From positions 3,256-67,255 of the forward strand of contig JAFGVI010000113.1 of the NCBI GenBank assembly GCA_016938065.1: 64,000 nt of DNA. Reading direction: 5' to 3'. The position numbers and the translations under genes are program-made. This document shows positions 61,649-64,000 of the stretch, piece after piece. The stretch comes from Deltaproteobacteria bacterium. GTDB lineage: Bacteria > Desulfobacterota > Anaeroferrophillalia > Anaeroferrophillales > Tharpellaceae. The notes beneath the pieces are model-generated. The model saw only the letters and a list, made by a program, of their open reading frames with translations. It was not told where the DNA came from and ran no database searches. Position 1 is the stretch's first letter, and each line of letters starts with the position of its first letter.

Positions 61649-62401
61649 ATGCTGAATATAGTTATTCCGATGGCCGGTCGTGGTAGTCGCTTTGCCAGTG
61701 TCGGTTTCCGGCAGCCGAAACCGCTGATACAGGTTTACGGCAAATCAATGATAGATATTGTCGTCAACAACCTTACTCCGGAGTGTCCTCATTGTTTTAT
61801 TTTTATCTGTTTGCGTGAGCACCAGGAACAATATGGTTTGCAGGAACATCTGTCAGCGCTGGCTCCCGGGTGTAAAATAATCTATGTTGATAAGGTCACA
61901 GAGGGGGCTGCCTGCACTGTGTTATTGGCGAGAGATTTAATTAACAACAATGATCCGCTGATGATTGCCAACAGTGATCAGTGGATTGATGTTGATATTA
62001 ATGAGTACTTGAAAAAAATGGAAATGTCGAATGTTGCTGGTTTGATTATGACTATGTGGGCTGATGATCCGAAATGGTCATTTGTTCGCCTAAATGCAGC
62101 CGGAAGAGTCTTGGAGGTGGTGGAAAAAGAGGTGGTGTCGAATGAGGCAACGGTGGGAATTTACAACTATAGATATGGTTCTGACTATGTGATCAGCGCC
62201 GAAAATATGATTGCTAAAAATTTACGCGTCAACAATGAGTTTTATGTGGCACCTGTTTACAACGAAATGCTTGAAGCCGGACAGTTTATTGACTTTTATA
62301 ATATTGGAAAGATCAATTCCGGCATGTACGGTCTTGGTACACCCGAAGATCTGGAATTTTTTATGGCTATGCCGGTTTCTGAAAAAGCGACCACTTTTTA
62401 A
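61649..62401 (+). CDS. sugar-phosphate nucleotidyltransferase-fold protein (paralogue 2; intact G-x-G-x-R loop)
   Basis: The N-terminus is MLNIVIPMAGRGSRFASVGFRQPKPLIQVYGKSMID, a canonical NTP-transferase N-terminus. Confidence 0.65.
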   Translation: MLNIVIPMAGRGSRFASVGFRQPKPLIQVYGKSMIDIVVNNLTPECPHCFIFICLREHQEQYGLQEHLSALAPGCKIIYVDKVTEGAACTVLLARDLINNNDPLMIANSDQWIDVDINEYLKKMEMSNVAGLIMTMWADDPKWSFVRLNAAGRVLEVVEKEVVSNEATVGIYNYRYGSDYVISAENMIAKNLRVNNEFYVAPVYNEMLEAGQFIDFYNIGKINSGMYGLGTPEDLEFFMAMPVSEKATTF

Positions 62402-62410
62402 TAAAAAGAG

Positions 62411-63655
62411 ATGGCACTTATGTTTATCGGCAATCCTTATAATCTCTTAGTTTCTGGCAAAAAACTGATAGGTTGGGGCAGCGGTGGTGTTTTTGAATAT
62501 TTCCATTCACTTTTTCCTCTACCTCTGGCATGTCTGGTTGACAATTCATCCAAAGCCCAGAAGACAATCAAGATGGGTTTGAAAATATACAGTCCCGAAG
62601 TCTTGCAGAAGGAAGATCCACAGCAGGTTTTTTTGATTGTTTATTCCAGCTTTTCAGTTGAAATTATGCGGCATATATCTCGCCTGGGTTCTTTTAATTC
62701 AATAAATGCTTCAGTTTTATTTTGCTTTGACTATAAGTTTCAGTGGCAACGTATTAATCGTGTTTTAGAGCAGCCCTTTTCCATACGGCGACAGAACGTC
62801 ACCGATAGTGCCCTATTGATTCAGGGGCAGATTTTGCCTGAATTGACAGCGAAGATAGTCTCCTATTATGCGCATTGTTATCCGGATATACAGATAATCT
62901 TTTCAACGTGGCAAGGCGTTGCAAAGGTTTTAATCGACGAGGTCGAGCCATTTGTTGACCACCTTCTGCTGAATAATGTGCCAGAATTTCCAGGTGTACA
63001 GAACCGAAATATGCAAATAGTTTCAACTAGAGCTGGATTAGAGTACTGCTTGCAAAAGGGAATTAAAACAGTTTTAAAAACCAGGTCTGATATCTTTATT
63101 ACTGCACATGATGTATTTAAACAGTGCAAAAGTTTACTGAAGTATTACGAGCCAAAGGTTTGTCAGCAGTTTGGTCTGTTTAACCGAATTATTATTCCGC
63201 AAAGTTTTACTCGTAAATATTTATTATACAGCCCTTCTGATTTAGCAATGTACGGAACCGTAGAAGATCTGCTGAGATTCTGGAGTATTCCTCTTGATGA
63301 CAGGCAATTCGATTTGTTGGAGGAATGTCAGACCAGAAATCTCAAGAATTTGAGCCTTGATGGTATGCCGGCAGAGTGTTTTTTGGGTGTCAATTTTTGT
63401 CGTACAATCGGCCGCTCTCTGGGTGGTGACTTGCTGGATAGTTGGCAGTTTTATCGGGATTTTTTTATTGTTCTTGATAATAGTTGGCTGGGTTTGTTCT
63501 GGCCTAAAAATCCTCATATTCCTGATACATATTCTGTTGCAGTCCATAGAGAAACAGTTGGCAACGCTTTTTGGCATGCGCTCTTGACTGATACGGTACA
63601 GCAGGATATTGGATCAGTCGAAAAAGTAGATACAGATAGTCAATGTTGGTGCTGA
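62411..63655 (+). CDS. Rossmann-like module fused to WavE-like putative polysaccharide-synthesis domain (tentative)
   Basis: The N-terminus KKLIGWGSGGVFEYF...IVYSSFSVEIMRHISRLG is homologous to the C-terminus of ORF 57315. The downstream LLIQGQILPELTAKIVSYYAHCYPDIQIIFSTWQG resembles the WavE family as I recall it. Confidence 0.4.
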   Translation: MALMFIGNPYNLLVSGKKLIGWGSGGVFEYFHSLFPLPLACLVDNSSKAQKTIKMGLKIYSPEVLQKEDPQQVFLIVYSSFSVEIMRHISRLGSFNSINASVLFCFDYKFQWQRINRVLEQPFSIRRQNVTDSALLIQGQILPELTAKIVSYYAHCYPDIQIIFSTWQGVAKVLIDEVEPFVDHLLLNNVPEFPGVQNRNMQIVSTRAGLEYCLQKGIKTVLKTRSDIFITAHDVFKQCKSLLKYYEPKVCQQFGLFNRIIIPQSFTRKYLLYSPSDLAMYGTVEDLLRFWSIPLDDRQFDLLEECQTRNLKNLSLDGMPAECFLGVNFCRTIGRSLGGDLLDSWQFYRDFFIVLDNSWLGLFWPKNPHIPDTYSVAVHRETVGNAFWHALLTDTVQQDIGSVEKVDTDSQCWC

Positions 63656-63753
63656 TTTTTTTATGCTACGATTCATTTGGTTTTTTACCGTAACCTGCTA
63701 AACAATTTAGCGAGGTGTGTCGGTTTTTTATTGCGGAATTAGTAGTGGTAAAT

Positions 63754-64000
63754 ATGGATGATTCTTTATTAGGTTTAATGTGTGATGGTTTATTTCTTGC
63801 TTCAGATTGTTACCAGGCTACAAATTTATGGAAAAGCGCTTCTCCGGCAATAATGTCCGATTTGACCAATTTTGAATTTTCTGATTTTCGTAATCACTCC
63901 AGCGCAAAAAACTTTTATGTGCCAAGTTATCCAGATGATAAAAAAGGTTTGTTGATGGCTGAGCAAGATTATGAAAGGTTTAAAAAAAATGACATTTCCG
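63754..64000 (+). CDS. hypothetical protein, 3'-truncated by window edge
   Basis: From ATG 63754 the frame stays open to the last base (MDDSLLGLMCDGLFLASDCYQATNLWKSASPAIMSDL...). It is not in the ORF track because no stop codon is reached. Confidence 0.4.
   Translation, partial: MDDSLLGLMCDGLFLASDCYQATNLWKSASPAIMSDLTNFEFSDFRNHSSAKNFYVPSYPDDKKGLLMAEQDYERFKKNDIS

Noticed and set aside
1-64000. Search for tRNA/rRNA genes, CRISPR arrays, transposases/integrases, toxin-antitoxin or known defence systems
   Set aside because: I found no cloverleaf-like or rRNA-like sequence, no regularly spaced direct repeats, no DDE or tyrosine-recombinase-like ORFs, and no recognisable defence-gene motifs on either strand.

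Overview
The window is mostly + strand and dense with operons. It looks like a deltaproteobacterial (Desulfuromonadales/Geobacter-like) chromosome, though that assignment is inference from gene content only. There are three blocks. (1) 1-10.7 kb is housekeeping and unknown-function: a PAS-LuxR regulator, a run of DUF-type genes (DUF1285-like, two DUF2889-like with one fused to a PHP phosphoesterase, a DUF169-CoaE fusion, a YcgR-like protein), a four-subunit 2-oxoacid:ferredoxin oxidoreductase and an XRE-cupin regulator. (2) 10.8-41.2 kb is a large flagellar regulon: motA, two motB-like genes, fliLMNOPQR, flhBAFG, fliA, cheY, a sensor kinase with a sigma-54 response regulator, flgFGAHI, a flgJ-like gene, flgM, flgN-like, flgK, flgL, flagellin, flbT and flaF. 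Sigma-28 and sigma-54 promoters can be read directly from the sequence. (3) 41.3-64 kb is a putative flagellin glycosylation island: TPR/glycosyltransferase genes, pseB-pseC-pseF/G-pseI, a radical-SAM/methyltransferase fusion, and a visibly AT-richer tail with GDPD, HAD, two nucleotidyltransferase paralogues, a cupin and a WavE-like gene. I found no tRNA/rRNA, CRISPR array, transposase or recognisable defence system. The main points worth a second look are listed here.
- A single in-frame TGA splits a TPR-GT2-TPR reading frame.
- A ~135-nt element is repeated upstream of flgH and of the radical-SAM gene, with a compensatory hairpin change.
- Three near-identical sigma-28 promoters occur, one driving an orphan ORF.
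- A MotB paralogue lacks the channel Asp.
- FliO is oversized.
- An uncharacterised ORF sits between the flagellin gene and flbT.
- A small Rossmann-like module is shared by three island proteins.
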